NCBI GenBank assembly: GCA_044892525.1
Contig: CM097886.1
Coordinates: 182,206,312-182,270,311 of the forward strand
DNA length: 64,000 nucleotides
DNA from: Schmidtea polychroa
Taxonomy: Eukaryota
Reading direction: 5' to 3'
Shown: positions 36,801-50,498 of the stretch, in pieces
Layout: each line of letters starts with the position of its first letter
Numbering within the stretch: the first letter of the stretch is position 1
Made by a program: the position numbers and the translations under genes
Notes under the pieces: generated by a model
Databases searched by the model: none
What the model saw: only the letters and a program-made list of their open reading frames with translations
What the model was told of the DNA's origin: nothing

Positions 36801-37981
36801 TAAATTGATATTTTTATTAATGTGGAAGTCAGAGGCACTATATTGATAATTATCCCATTAACTATACTGACTGATATTCTTTGTTGATAAAAAAGGCTTT
36901 GAGGACATTAGATTATAAATCGTATTTTGAATTAAAGAATTAGAGAATTATGATCTAGGTCAAAGATGCCCACAATATTTTCAACAAGTGCCTAAAAATT
37001 TCTGAAATAAATAGTGCTAATTTAAAAATTCAAATTTTTTCCTAAAATCATTTATTAATATTATTGACTAATTTTTAAAAATCAATTGGCTATTTTAAGT
37101 TAAATATTTAAATTTGAATTTAGTAATCGATTTCTGTTTTATTTTCAAAGCTGATCTCTTTCGATAGTAAATAATTATTGATTTCAAGGTTAGGGTAATT
37201 GTTTGGAAAATTTAAACAAATATTAAAGTTTAAAGAGTGCCAATAAAAAGTCTAACGCGTGCCACACCTTGGACACCCCTGATCTTGATCATCACATACT
37301 TTTACTGCTTTATGCATGCACTGTGTCACAAATGTTCATGTTAAATGCATTTTTAAATTTTGAGTTAATCGTATTTTTTTGGTCGAGAATGAAAGCAATT
37401 ATTTTTTGAGTCTTTCAAAATTTCATTTATTTTCATTCTGACAAAACATCAAAAATACAATAAAAATTTTCTTAGTCATTATCAATTTGTTCATTTTTTA
37501 CCAAATAATTATTTTATTGAATTTGTATCAAGATCAGTTGTGAAATTTTGAGTTTTGTGTATTTTTTTGTGAAAATTATATTTGTATTTTGGGTTGTTTT
37601 ATTTTCAATGAAAATGAACCAAATCAGAATGTATTTTTATTTTTCTTTCAAAAATTTTGGCAACCCAACAAATTATTAATTATTTACCTTTTAATGATTT
37701 TGTGTATTATTTAGATCAATTTATATTTGCTCTCTCGGGTTATAATTGGCGGCATTAAATTATTTTATCGGAAATATGTTCCAATAAATAATGTTGCAAA
37801 CAAAGAGGTTCTAGGTGAGTTCCAGTTGCAATACCGATTGCTGGGTATGCTCGTTTGGGCGTTGTCTTTGTGGTTTTTTGAAAATCACAGAGAATGTTTG
37901 CAGGGTTCATTGAAATCTTCGATGACCTTCATATTTCAGGACAGCGATTCCTGGAGCGACTGGATAGATTTATTTTTCTAA
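33851..37981 (+). CDS. PXMP4: Peroxisomal membrane protein 4 (PMP24, Tim17 family), 198 aa
   Basis: Exons 33851-33921, 33976-34038, 34083-34278 and 37715-37981 in phase. Motifs [30 protein letters not shown] and [28 protein letters not shown] match PXMP4. Confidence 0.95.
35528..35785 (-). CDS. Candidate small nested ORF (85 aa) antisense within PXMP4 intron 3
   Basis: True ATG 28 nt after a TATAAATA box (35813-35820); hydrophobic N-terminus; internal KR...NGR motif. No homology evidence. Confidence 0.3.
   Translation of the reverse strand: MLFSFKFFFPFLGEQHTLNYRQRPVVICRSNKCVPIKRNIDEVYNGRPRRCYFIAIDVITEPHPKFFVFVNLCFVYLYRNDGFFN
36018..36254. mobile_element. Tc1/mariner-type (Stowaway-like) MITE, 237 bp
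   Basis: 30-bp imperfect TIR CTCCCTCTGTCCAAGAATGATAGTCCAGTT / AACTGGACTATAATTTTTGGACAGATGGAG flanked by TA on both sides. Confidence 0.9.
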
Positions 37982-38929
37982 GTCTTTTTTTATTATTTAT
38001 CCTGCCAATTGTACGCGTTTAGCATGATAATAATTATTTCGTATTTTTTATAAATTAGTTTGAATTTACGCTCTTTGTTGTGAAACTTGAACAAGTGCTT
38101 CTCGAGGTTATCTTGGGGTTATTGCTAGTAACTAGTTCCTTGTATTAATCGAATCCAAGGGTAAATTCTAATACAATAATATGTAAGCAAACGATTACTT
38201 TTATAAAATCGGTTTGTTTTAATACAGTTAAACATATTTAATTTTAGAATAGAAAAACAAAAATATAATCTAAAAAATTTAAATTAAAACATTAATTTAA
38301 TTTTTCAAAATTATTTATTAATAATTTTGAAATTTTTAATCGCTCATTAATTCTTGATCTGTTTTCTGAATGCTGATTTCTTATTCTACTTCCTTTGCGA
38401 AGATAGAAACCAGAAGCGCCAGGAGGCTATATGTCACTAAAAATGTTAACTGAAAACAGGAGTGTTAAAAAATTAAAAAAAATTTTCCATAATATGGCAA
38501 TATTAAATTAAATAAATTTTAACTGGTACAGAAACAATACAGATACTAATTGGAAGTTGAAAAAATAATTTTTCTAGCATTCGAGACTGCAAATTTTTTC
38601 TATTAAAATTATATTATTTAAGTGTACAAGATCACATAGGTCAGTGAATTGCAATGAGTGCTCCGCGGAGCTTGTGGGCTCATCGGCAAGTTCCAAATGG
38701 TTCCTTAAAATTTAAAAATTTTTGATTTGAGACTTGAATTACCACCAATAATACGAGATTTTCTAGGAATGTTTAGCTTAAACTTCAATGATTCTCATTG
38801 CTCTCATTGAAGTGCTCTTTTTCTTTATTAGACTCATTAATAATATTGAACCTCCGCTTTTGCGAAGAATATTAAATAGTGATCCGCTTCTAAAAGGGAT
38901 GGAAAACCTCTGACATTGTTCTATCAATG

Positions 38930-39045
38930 TGCATACAAATGAAAGAATGAACATTAACTTGTTAAGGAAACGCTCAGGACTTGCTATTGATACTGCAATT
39001 TTCAAAATTTGCAGGGAAATACATCAATTTGGAAATTTATCAATA
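38930..39045 (-). pseudogene. hAT dimerization-domain remnant
   Basis: CIDKFPN*CISLQILKIAVSIASPERFLNKL resembles the hATC consensus FPN..IALRI.LTIPVS.AS.ERSFSKL. Confidence 0.6.
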
Positions 39046-39106
39046 CAATAAGTTAAAATGAAAGAAAAAAAATCAAAAAGCATCAATGGTAAAACAACTA
39101 TAGTAA

Positions 39107-39682
39107 TGTTGGGGTATAACTATTAGAAAAATCAGTTGTTTAACAGAAATAACAAAGCACCGTAAAAGAATGAGAATTGACTTGTTAAAGAAATGCAGAA
39201 AAATTTTAAAAAATGAGAAAATAACGAGATAATGACAAGGAACAAAGAAATTAGAATAAAATAAAATGGAGAGAGTAATATTAAAAGATATAATAATTAT
39301 TGAGTTCAAAATACAAAAAACGAAAATATATAAATGTTGAGTTATGTAAATTAAAATAAACTTAAATAAAATGTAGGTTGAATGATAAAGACAAATAAAA
39401 GCGTGGTCATGCACATAATTTATAGTAAAGGCAAGCAGGATTATTTTAGTAATTATTATTATTTATACCTTTTATTATAATTTATAATCTTAACGTCACA
39501 TCAACAAAAGCATCAACACCGTACGGAGAATCGGTCAGACTTGTAAAACTTTGGTTAGTGAATATATATTGTCGTGAGAATTATATTTTTGTGATTCAAA
39601 TGTACGTTGGGTAGTTTCTTGTTTTGATTAAAAGGACGCGTGGAGTCAGAGGTTACCGACTTGAATTAGCGAAAACCCAACA
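39107..39682 (+). mobile_element. LTR-like element, family A copy 2
   Basis: TGTTGGGGTATAA start and AACCCAACA end; 39506-39682 is homologous to 6518-6708; TSD imperfect. Confidence 0.65.
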
Positions 39683-42600
39683 TAAAGATCCATTAAAAAA
39701 GATTATCGTTTGAAAAATTACAAATATGATTAAAACGACAAGCGTAAAATATCAAATTCGAGATAGAAAAGTAAGACGAAAATACGACGAATAAGTGAAT
39801 AATAAAAATGAGGATTTTATAAGAAAATTATGTGAAAAAATTCAACAAAATCACAAAAGTATGCTGAAAAGAGAGTTATAGAAAGAGTACAAAGCAAAAG
39901 ACAATTAGTTAGGAGGATAAACAGTATTCATACAAAAGAGAAGAGAATCGAAGGAAATCCAAAAATTATATTTTTATGTTTAAACTTGGACTGTATCATT
40001 ATTCAAAATTTTGCTCCAAAAAAGTAGGTGCTTAATCAAAAAATAATATGTATACTTACATAAAACAACAAGAAAAAACTCAAAAGAAATACTCTTTGAA
40101 AACTAAAATTCTATCTCAAAAAACACAAAATCTAGAAGACAAAAGGGAAGAATAACTCTCAAGCATCAAAACCCAATCTAAGGCAAAACTCAAAAATACC
40201 CAGTTCCAAATACAAAAAAAGGCAATACAAAGTAAACCATTTTTGAGAAAAACAATACCAAGAAATTTCAGAAGCCGACAATCGAAAATCAAATCTATAA
40301 TCAAAACTCACTAAACGCAAAACTTCCTCAACGAAGATTATCCACAAGGATCTGCACTCAACACAACAGAAGTTTCATAAACTAAATCAGCAAACGTTGT
40401 TTTACATCATTCGACAGAATAAAATAATTTACAATCAAGCACTATGAACACGGTAAGTGAACAGACTTAACTTCTATGATGCTGGTTTGTTCAAAAGCGA
40501 AGGATATTTATCTCACCTAGACTTCGAGTATTAGAAACTTTAGTGAAGCACAAGAAATGAAGAAAATTGAGACATCAAATAGCAGTGACGATCAACGAAA
40601 TAAAACACAGTAGTTGCAGCTTTAGGCTGGCATTATTTGTAAAAACACGCATGAAAAGGATTGAAATTCACAGAATCATAAATTGTAAAATCCACATCGC
40701 CTTTAAGTCCCTCGTGGCACCTAAAGTGCAAGTACTAAATAGCAATGATTTGTCAGCAGAATTTCTGGACTTAGTGAATCACCCTGTGTTTAAATCAATA
40801 CACGTTCTGTAACTCACCACGGATGACGTAGAAATTTCTCTACGATCGACACAATAACACACTGAGAAATCTCTGGCCTTATATAATGTCTGAAAAATCA
40901 CCATTGATTATCGCCAATTAACTATGGTACCCTTTCTTAAACAGGGTACTGAATCGGAGTGAGTGAGCAACATCAATATGTACTAAACAATTTCTTTAGT
41001 GATTTTAATGGATTATAAAATAAATTATTACTTTGGATATATTGTTCATGGGCGAACAGGTATGCAGAATAAAGATTTGTTGAAGAAAATGTCGATGTAA
41101 CAAATCACTAAACAGACACCAGTCTTCAAAGAATAAAGATTTTTTGGGAAATATATATAATTAACTCAAGTGGACCCAACAACCTCAATTTGTTATTTTT
41201 GTTACATTATTATATTTAATTAATTTTATTCCACCCGAAAAAATGTAAGAAGGTTTCAGAGCTGATTTTAAAGCTGCGATGTGACAAATCGAAATACATC
41301 GAAATACTCGAACTGAGCGCCTGAGGGATCGATACAGAACTGTGTAACCCACGTACTTTTACCCAAAGAAATGAAGTGGTAATACAGTCAACTCAAGAAA
41401 GTTAATTGTGATTATTTCGAATAAATATTATTGTGTTGGGTTGTTCAATTTGCCTAATAAAAGAATATCAAGGAGTCAAACAGTGGTACCGCCTTGCACA
41501 AAATATCTAATAAATTTATTGCGACAATTTATAAAATTATTGGGCTGAGATCTAAAGGACTCACACCGCTTCTTAATGTTTTTCTTATTTTTTCCTTTTA
41601 ATTTTTCCCATTAAAATAATACATGACAGTACAGTACAATAGTCAGTAAAATAAAATAGATAAATAAATAGAATAAAGTAAAAATACCAATCGAAATAAG
41701 AAATAAAAAATAACTGAGTAAGTTGAAAGGACAATAAACTAATAACTAACAATAAAACAGAAAATGAGTGAAAGAGAAATTAAAAAGGAAAAATTAAATT
41801 AATTAATGCAAACAGAGAAAGAAAAACAAGAAAAACAAGTAGATCATTTAATCAATAATAATTAGCCAGGGAAAAGAGAGACAAAACATAAAAAACCTAA
41901 AAATCTAAAAATATAATAATTAAAAAAAAATTATGCGCAACCAATCATATCAATCAAATATAATTACGAAAATCAATAGGTCACTAGGTCAATTTTGATT
42001 GGTTAAGACGACCAGCCAGAAATCTATAAATACAATAGACCAAAATGACTATTCCACTGTCAATTTCTAACTATTACAGAACTTCTACGACTCATCTTAC
42101 TTTTCAGCTCAGCCTAACGATCACACGGAGACAAACTTAAATTTGTGAGAGACAAACCATTCAGTGTACCAGGAATTTATTGTTATTGGATTACGGGAAG
42201 ATAATTGTATATCGGTAATTTTATTGTTTTATGGATTCATAGAGTTAACGTAAAGTATGATATCAATAATTAAAAGTTTTTAAACATGATGTCTTCGTTT
42301 TCAATCGCAACAAAAACTTATTTTAGTAATATTTATTTAATGACAATTTTCATGATGATTTAGTACATTTTATGATAATAATATATGATGATTGCGAGTT
42401 GATGAAAAATGCGAGAAGTCATCGGATAAGTTGAATTGAGGGCACATTCCATGATCAAGGTACCTTCGGGATGCTTGGTTGGTGGAAATACCGGATCTTC
42501 AATCGCTTGGCTGACACTGGGGCCGAAATGTGTGGGCTTCCTCTCGGGTCCGTCGCCTGAAGATGAGTATTCGTGAAGAAAGTAATTTATATTCAGGATA

Positions 42601-43554
42601 TTTACCGATAGGGAAGCATTGAAGCGATTTAGATGATGAGAGGTCATTTTCGAGAGACCGAGAGTGAATTCCGCAGTGATTGAGGCGTCAGAGACATGAT
42701 ACTTAAAATGATTTTGTCCTAAGCTACGAGTTTAAGCGAGCAAGTATGACAGTTGTATGAGAACGGATTTTTTCTTTTCGCTGCATCACTGTGGCCGGAC
42801 GATGAGGAAGCGACGATATTCCAAATATTAATTTGCTCGGAGTAAGCGTCAGACTTAGATTAACATTACCAATAGCGATTTCAATTTCGTGATAATTTGT
42901 TGATATTACAAATCGATAAAATCGCTACAATGAAACAGTAGGGGGTGATAATTGTGGGAAATTCATTTAACTGACCTCATGAGAAAACTGATTTGCGAAA
43001 CCTAATAATCGATAACGTGAATGGGAAAATGTTTTAAGAATGAACTTCCTCGGGGTGAGGGTCTGATTTAGATCCAATTTTTCGTTATAACTTAGTCATC
43101 TTATAAACCAATGAAATTTCTATAACAAAGCAGTAAAGAGTAATAGATCAAACCAAAATATTTTGTGAAGCTACAAATAATTAATTCAATAAATGAGGGA
43201 ACTGATGCCCTTTATGATTATGTCGTCAATGCCGTCGATACTCTTTTAATTCTAACTCATCATTGATGGCTATTTTCTTTGGCGGATAGTGATTTTTTGA
43301 TACCCTAAAAACAGCTTACCTAATGTGACTCTTGGAATTTAATTGTTTTATTTTTAATTTATGAGTTCTGACGTTCGATAATGTAAACTGGTGATACTCA
43401 TCATAAATAATTTTTAGAACAATGACGTCTAAAACCCCAACCAAATCTCCACTCCTCCTTTGTTTTCTTGTGCCGACAAGAACAGTATCATCCGAACTCT
43501 CCAAACCTAGATAGAACTTCTCAAGAAGAAGATTGACCACCTTGAGGGAACCTG

Positions 43555-44133
43555 GTGAAGAAGAAGCTGTTCTGTAGTGAACACTGCAGAGATAACCTAA
43601 TCGAGGAGAGCAGGACTCAACGCTCCCTCATCAAAGAGCAGTCGGAAGCCTTACACAAGGTCTATTTACAGGCCACAATTACAAGAAAAATAGTGGACAT
43701 CCCGATTGCAGAGAACGATAATCTTTTCCCTCTCCATCACCATTAATCGGATCACTCTAATATTCCACCCAAGAAAGGGTGTCGCGACTGTGTAGAGGCC
43801 GATTTATCTCCTTCCACCTCGGAAGTGGTCATTACCGGCACTAGCCGAGTGTCATTGAACATCTCTGCACCCCTTGTTACAACCTAGAAAACAGCAGTAC
43901 AGTAAACACCCAAACGGCGGGAATTATCTCGCGCCGAGCGCAAGAAGAAACAGAAAACGCACCGACTCGAAGGACAGGCTAAAAGACAACTTGCTGGTGT
44001 ACCATCTTCTGATGCTATACAGGGCCCGAGTTTTCGTGTGATAACATCCACTGGTGCGACTTGGCAAGAAAACGCGGCTGAGCTATTCGATCTCGAAGCT
44101 CTGTTCGCTGAAGCGGCAGCCGTTCGAACATGA
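43555..44133 (+). pseudogene. Decayed 193-codon ORF of unknown, probably retroelement, origin
   Basis: A single frame with three internal stops; FCSEHC motif, basic RRELSRAERKKKQK segment, acidic ELFDLEALF tail; GC-richer than the flanks. Confidence 0.45.
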
Positions 44134-45706
44134 ACAATGGTCCTCGCTGATTCTGTAGTGGTTCACATAGAACTTAATAGTCTGAACTTATCCGATTGTT
44201 TTCTTTTGCTGTTGTCAATCTCTGTTGTTATGTCTAACTTGTTTAAATATAACAATGTGGTAGTATAATGCTTGTTGTAGTAGTAAATAATTCAAAATCT
44301 AATAGTTTTGTTGATTGAGTCAGGAAAGTGAGATAAAAGTGTCGAACGTTGCCGAAATGACTAAACAGAGGTCCTTTTATGATATATCGAGGCAAGTCAG
44401 ATGGAAGTCACGACGGAATGATATGAGAACATGGTGTAAAGATAAGACGTAAGACCTTCTATCGGTAGTCAGATGAAGTAAGTTGAAATGGGGCGAAGGA
44501 GTAGTCCTAAGATAGGGACTCACATGCTTCTTTCTGTTTCGCCATCATGGGGCAGTACCAACATAACGTCGGTCATGGGCATCATGGTGTGAGAACGATC
44601 AGTTGACATACCACTCAAGTTGACATTCGCGGATAGCACAATTGTAGACGACCTTCATCTCTTAGACATAACGCATAAAAATATTTGGTCAATAGGTTAG
44701 AGTAGCAACAAAATATTTATTTATGTAGATTGAACAGTAATAAAATAGTCAGCTCTTTATTTTTATAGAAGTAAAAAAACTCAAACGTGAAAACTTTCTC
44801 TCAGTAAATTCATAAAAAAAATTTCCACCTTCCAAACAATGCAATGTTTCTAAGCTCAAATGCGACTATTTTAAACGAAATAAAAATGGGTCTCGATTTT
44901 ATCTCTCTTATTACTCAAAAAATTCATGGCTGAACGTCAATTCAAAAGAAAGGTCAAACTCTGACACTTGTTCAGAAAAGCTGTTAAAGGGTGCAATTAA
45001 AATTGGAATGTAAAGATTTTGTTCAGAGGCTGGAAAATCCAAATTTGTGCCCTAGACAAGGAACAAAATTTACGCCATTTCAAAGAAAACTGTATACATT
45101 AAGAAATCAATCAGTTTTTACAGTGAAATAATCAATACATGATTTTGTAAAAATACTTTTAATAAAAAAACAACCCTTTCAGCTATTACAAATTAATTTC
45201 CCTTATTAAAAATTATAATTAATTACAATAAAAAATTTTATTAAAAAATTGATCATTGTTTCTGTGCCCCATTAGATACTGCACATAGGCAAGGAAGTGT
45301 TCGTCTAGGCCTCGTACCGCGTCGTCTAGAGTCCAAGCCAAATTGAATGAGTAGAATAATTATAAATAAACATTTTATAATTAATTTCACTTGCAATTTA
45401 TTCCACAATATATGATAATTAAACCGGAATTTATTAAAATTTATTTCGAAATAATCCTGAGCGGCCAATATCTCAAAACATCAAGGGAAACCATAAAAGA
45501 TTTTTTAAAATATATTTTGCTTGGCCCTAACTGATAGAATTAATAACAATAATAACATATTCATTTTAAGCTGTCAGAATAAAAAAGTAAAGAGAGAAAA
45601 GTACCGGCGTCGGCATCATTTATTAATCCTGATTTTCTCATTGCCAGCTCAAATTTCTTTATTTGCCCAATTATTTTCACCGGGATTTGGAAATTTATTA
45701 TTCTCA

Positions 45707-48334
45707 ATGAAAGTTCTCGAAATAATAAAAAGAGCACTTTCAAGATTTACAAAATTCATTTTCTCATGCGCTGGTTCCATATTGATGATTGTGGTTTACA
45801 CTTTGATGGGGGGGTTTATGTTCAAATTAATTGAAAATCAACAAGAGAGAAGGATCAAACTCAAAATGAAAAACACATCTCAACGGTTTGTTGAAAAGTT
45901 GAGTAATTATATTTTGAATTCATTGAAGGAAAACGTCAGTCTGGATCCGTCGGATTTGAATAATTTCTTTCTTAAGTACACGGAAGAAGTGAGCAAATTG
46001 AAAAACGAAGGATGGAATGGGACCTTTGGAGAAAATGAATATAATTGGACTCTTGAAGGATCTATTTTATTTTCTCTGACTGTTATTACAACAATAGGTT
46101 CGTTTTATTGTAAATATTTTCATTTAATTAATTTTTTATCATGTAAATATAATTCTTACTGGGGAAAATTTCAGTGAAAATTTTGCCTATTTTTTACTAA
46201 TTGAAAAACATTTTTATTCGTATGAAAGTTGACATCATGAAAATCATTTTTATTTAATTTAAAATTTATATTCAAATATTTTTGTTTTTATAATTATTTT
46301 AATTAATTTTGCTCAAATAATAAATTTAAAATCTGTATAGATTTGTCGTTTCTATCTGATGATGACATTGAACCTGTTGAAATATATCGTATAATTGATG
46401 TTTGAATGGCGTTTTTTAAGTATTTAAACTATTGTCATGTTTATATTTATGTCATAATTTCCTTATCTATGGGCGCTGGCAGGATTTTTTGAAAGGTGGT
46501 GCAAAATAAAACAAATCTATGGGAGGAGAACTATGTCAAATCCTTTTAGTCCCTCAACATATTTTCAAGAAAATCGAAGCTCTATGAGACCAAAACAATA
46601 ACTAATTGACTATTTTGGTGGAAATTTTCGAATATAGACTGCAGTCTACTGACCTACGGTAATATTGTGTTGTATAAAAATCTTATACTGTTTTGCAAGA
46701 GTTATTTTATTATTTTGTTTTAGACTTATATCTTCGATAAAGATATTATATAAATGAATTTTTTAGAACGAAAGTTTGTTTTAATGTGCCAATAAAAATT
46801 TCAAAAATTTTGTATTGTATTATTTAGAAAGTGAAAAGTGGTGCACTTGCACGACCTAAAGGGAGCATAAATTCAAATTTTCAAATTATCGAAATCAATT
46901 AAAATTAATATAAAATTTGGAAAAGATAAAAGTCAGTATTTTTCGGGTAGAGGAGTGATAATCGGTGACAAATAAGATTTTGAAGACGAATAAAATAATT
47001 TCAAATTGATCAGAGGTTTATGAAAGGGCTAATGACCAAAAACAAATTAATTAAGTTTCAACGAAAGCTAATAATCAAAGGATACCCAATTGATTGTCAG
47101 ATCAAAGGATTGCCTGGGCGAGGGAAATATTAATGACCACTAAAGTACATATAATCAGAGAGCAAAAAACAGAAAGAGCCAGTTGGTCAAAGAGGGAAAA
47201 TTATAATAACTTAGCATAATTAATCAAAGAAGGTGAACGAGAGCAATTCAGAAAAGAATGATAAACCAAATTGTGCTTTGACTTATTTTTGGTCATTTAT
47301 ACAGCTATTGTAATCCAAAACAGTTTGCAAGTTAAAAATAAAGATTTAGTTGGGATTAGAGTTCTATTTCCTTGATTGAATCCCATCAACAATCATTTAA
47401 ATATTGTTTATATTAATTATATTTTATATTCTTTTTCATTATTCAATTTTGTAGGATATGGTGTAGCCACACCAAAAACGAGATGGGGAAAATTCTTGAC
47501 CATTGTATACGCGATAATCGGAATTCCATTTACATTTTTGTCCCTGTCAAATATCGGTCAACATTTTAGCAAAGCGTTTTGTGGTTTTTATCTTTTTTTA
47601 AGAAAGTCAAAATTTTTGAAAAAACAACGGGAAAATTTCAATAGATTGATCAATATAAAGAGCTCACTTCCAAAGCAACCAGAAAAAACTTTGAAAAAAG
47701 TTTCATCGAAATTAAGATACAAGAGAAAGCATCCAAAAAGAGAGGGACAACTTGTCAATTGGAATAATATTGACTCGGATTTGTTTATTTATTCAATTGA
47801 ATCGGATGAAAGCAGTTCCAGTGATGACGCAATTCCGGAACTTGAAGAAGATTTCAATGAATGGCTGATGAAAAATCAAAGTGTCAACGTCAGTTATCTA
47901 ACTTACGATCGGGAGATTCCAGAAGAAACAGAAACTGTCGAACAAGTAAACCTTTCTTATTCCCAAATAAGAATTCCGATAGCAATCACTTTTGCAATTA
48001 TGATTTGTTACATTCTGATTGGAGCGCTCTTTTTTACGATCTGGGAAGACAATGATTACTTGAAATGGGCTTACTTCTGTTTCATAACATTATCAACAAT
48101 AGGATTTGGAGACATCGTTCCAGGTTGAGACATTTTATTTTCATTTTTAAATTTATATTACTTTTGTTTTAAGGCACAAAAATCGATTCGGATAATCCAA
48201 AAGAAAAATTAATTTTCGTTGTTTTTTATGTAGTTGTGGGCCTGTCGGTCTTTTCAATGTGCTTCAAATTGATGGAGGAAGAAATACGATACAAGTGGAA
48301 AACGTTTGTAGATAAAATCAGAAATAGAGAATAA
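45707..48334 (+). CDS. Two-pore-domain potassium channel (K2P, TWK/KCNK-like), 406 aa
   Basis: Exons 45707-46097, 47455-48123 and 48174-48334 in phase. P1 WTLEGSILFSLTVITTIGYG; P2 YFCFITLSTIGFGDIVPG; four hydrophobic segments. Confidence 0.95.
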
Positions 48335-48897
48335 ATTCTTAGAGTAATTAACAGCATAAACTTTAGAATATTTCGTTTCTCGATCATCAAATATAATTTC
48401 TTGCATATACTACTCATTAATAATTAAAAAAAAATATATGACGTACAACATCCAAAATATTATAACTATTGAGGATAGCTGAGCAACAAGAAAAATAAAT
48501 AATGTTTCAAAATGAATAGGAATGATCGGGGGAAATGGCTATAATGAATGATGTTATGCTCTCAAATTCGGGGAAAATGAATGTAGTGAAGAAATTAGAA
48601 AACGAAAAAGATATAGCAAAAATTAAAGAAATCGAATAACGAGAAACGTGATGAAGTCGTTTTTAATTACTAAGTACGAATAAAAAGGAAGAAAACAAAA
48701 ACAAAATCAAAAAAAGGAAATCTTTTATCTTAACAGTTACAGAAGATAATAAATAAATCACTGGAATAGTAGGAAATGCAAATAATAATTATCTGCAAGT
48801 GTCAGGAAATGACAAGTATAAAAGAAAAGCCACTAATTACAATAGACGTGTTGAGAATACCTAAATGAAAATAACATTATAAATAAATAAATTACCT

Positions 48898-49809
48898 GGG
48901 GGAAGATTGCCATGACAAACGGGACGATCATTGGGATCTCAGAAAAGAAAACGAAAGTAAAAAAAATTAAAAATGAGAAAGATAAATCAAATAAAAGGAA
49001 ACAAACAAGAAGTTAAAACAAAGGTCATTGTTAATTAAGAAGTACAAATGAAGATGGAATTTCAAATTCAAGAAAAACATAATAAGGGGAAAAGCCGTAT
49101 CTTGACAGCTCGCCAAAGATAGCGAAATTGTCTGGAGAAGGCGGCTTAACAAAAAAGGAAAATGGAAAAATATCTTGATATCTGTCAGAGATAAGGCAGG
49201 CGTAGAGGAAAAGAAAATGGTAAACAGAAACTGTCGCCATTGCCACAAATAAAATAACTATATGAAGGAAAACTGGTGGACACGAAAGGAGAACAAAATT
49301 TGGGAAAGTGGGAACAAAAATTGAGACAATTGTGAGACAATTTTGAGAGAGACAATTATTGGAGAAAAATTAGACAACGTCGGATGAAACGTTGTGGGAG
49401 AAACGATTGTGAAAAGAATTGTAAAGAAAATAATTGCGAAGAATAATTGTTGGAGATTTGAATAAAAGAATTAGTTGGAAAATTAAACGAAAAGAAGTTA
49501 TTTGATTATTTGAATAAACTTGTGAAGAAAGTCAAAGAAAACAACCAGCTCAAAGTCCCAGTTGATAAACCAATCAGTAATTTGTGATCCTTTAATCCGG
49601 TGTTATACACAAGTGATATTCCTCAGCGAGTGTTGTAAAAAGCATTGTATAGTCACCAAGCAGAGTGTTGAATTTATTGCCAGAGTAGTAAAAATTATTT
49701 GTGATTATCAATAAAGATTTCTGTTATCAAGTGTTATTTGTGAATCGTATAAAGGCACGCTTGGAGTCAGAGTAACATTTAATTTTATCACCAACTCAAT
49801 AACCTATTT
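48898..49809 (+). mobile_element. LTR-like segment, possibly preceded by a polypurine tract
   Basis: Purine run GGGGGAAGA at 48898-48906; internal GAGACAATT repeats; GGAGTCAG near the end; directly followed by a PBS. Termini are not clearly TG..CA. Confidence 0.5.
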
Positions 49810-49827
49810 TGGTGAGCCCGACGTGAT
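49810..49827 (+). promoter_or_regulatory. Primer-binding site complementary to tRNA-Trp
   Basis: TGGTGAGCCCGACGTGAT matches 17 of 18 nt of the reverse complement of the animal tRNA-Trp 3' end (ATCACGTCGGGGTCACCA). Confidence 0.8.
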
Positions 49828-50498
49828 CAAAAGTTGGTGAAAGGATTGTTGTAAGGGTAAAATTGTGAAAAATAAAGTGTGATAAATTGAAATTATTAAA
49901 GTAATTTTGAAAAGGTAAATTATTTTATAACCCAACAGACGGAAGAAAAATTATTTTATTAACTTTGTCAGAATTTTTTGGCATTTTCACTTTTAAATTT
50001 TAATTAGTATATCTACAATGCATATTATACATATTCAAAATACTTTTCTGTTGATAATTAATTTCCAAATACGCAATAACAATGAGGATTTCAAATGGAA
50101 TTTTGCTATTATCCTATTCTTATTTATCATTCATTAATTCAACAAATTTATCCTTTTATTGAATCGATAAATACTTTAATAAATTGTGACATTCACTATT
50201 TACCGAAAATACGATAATTAACACTTTAATTGCTATAAGCGAGTTTTATTGATTAAAACTTACTCCAATCGTATTCTTAGGTATCAAATCAATGAACTCC
50301 TAACATTATATAAATTTTATGATATCACAATTTGCAGCTCTTAGATCCAAATATTTTAAATAAATGCTGGTGAGCAAGAGCTTTAAAATTGAGAGCTTGT
50401 TCAATTCCGCCAGAAATACATATGATGAAGACCACACCATGTGGAATAAAAATTAATGACTATACCACAAATAACACAAAGTAAAATACAAAGCATAC

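Noticed and set aside
46465-46870. hAT-like end motifs in K2P intron 1
   Set aside because: The ends are degenerate, with no matching TIR pair or TSD.
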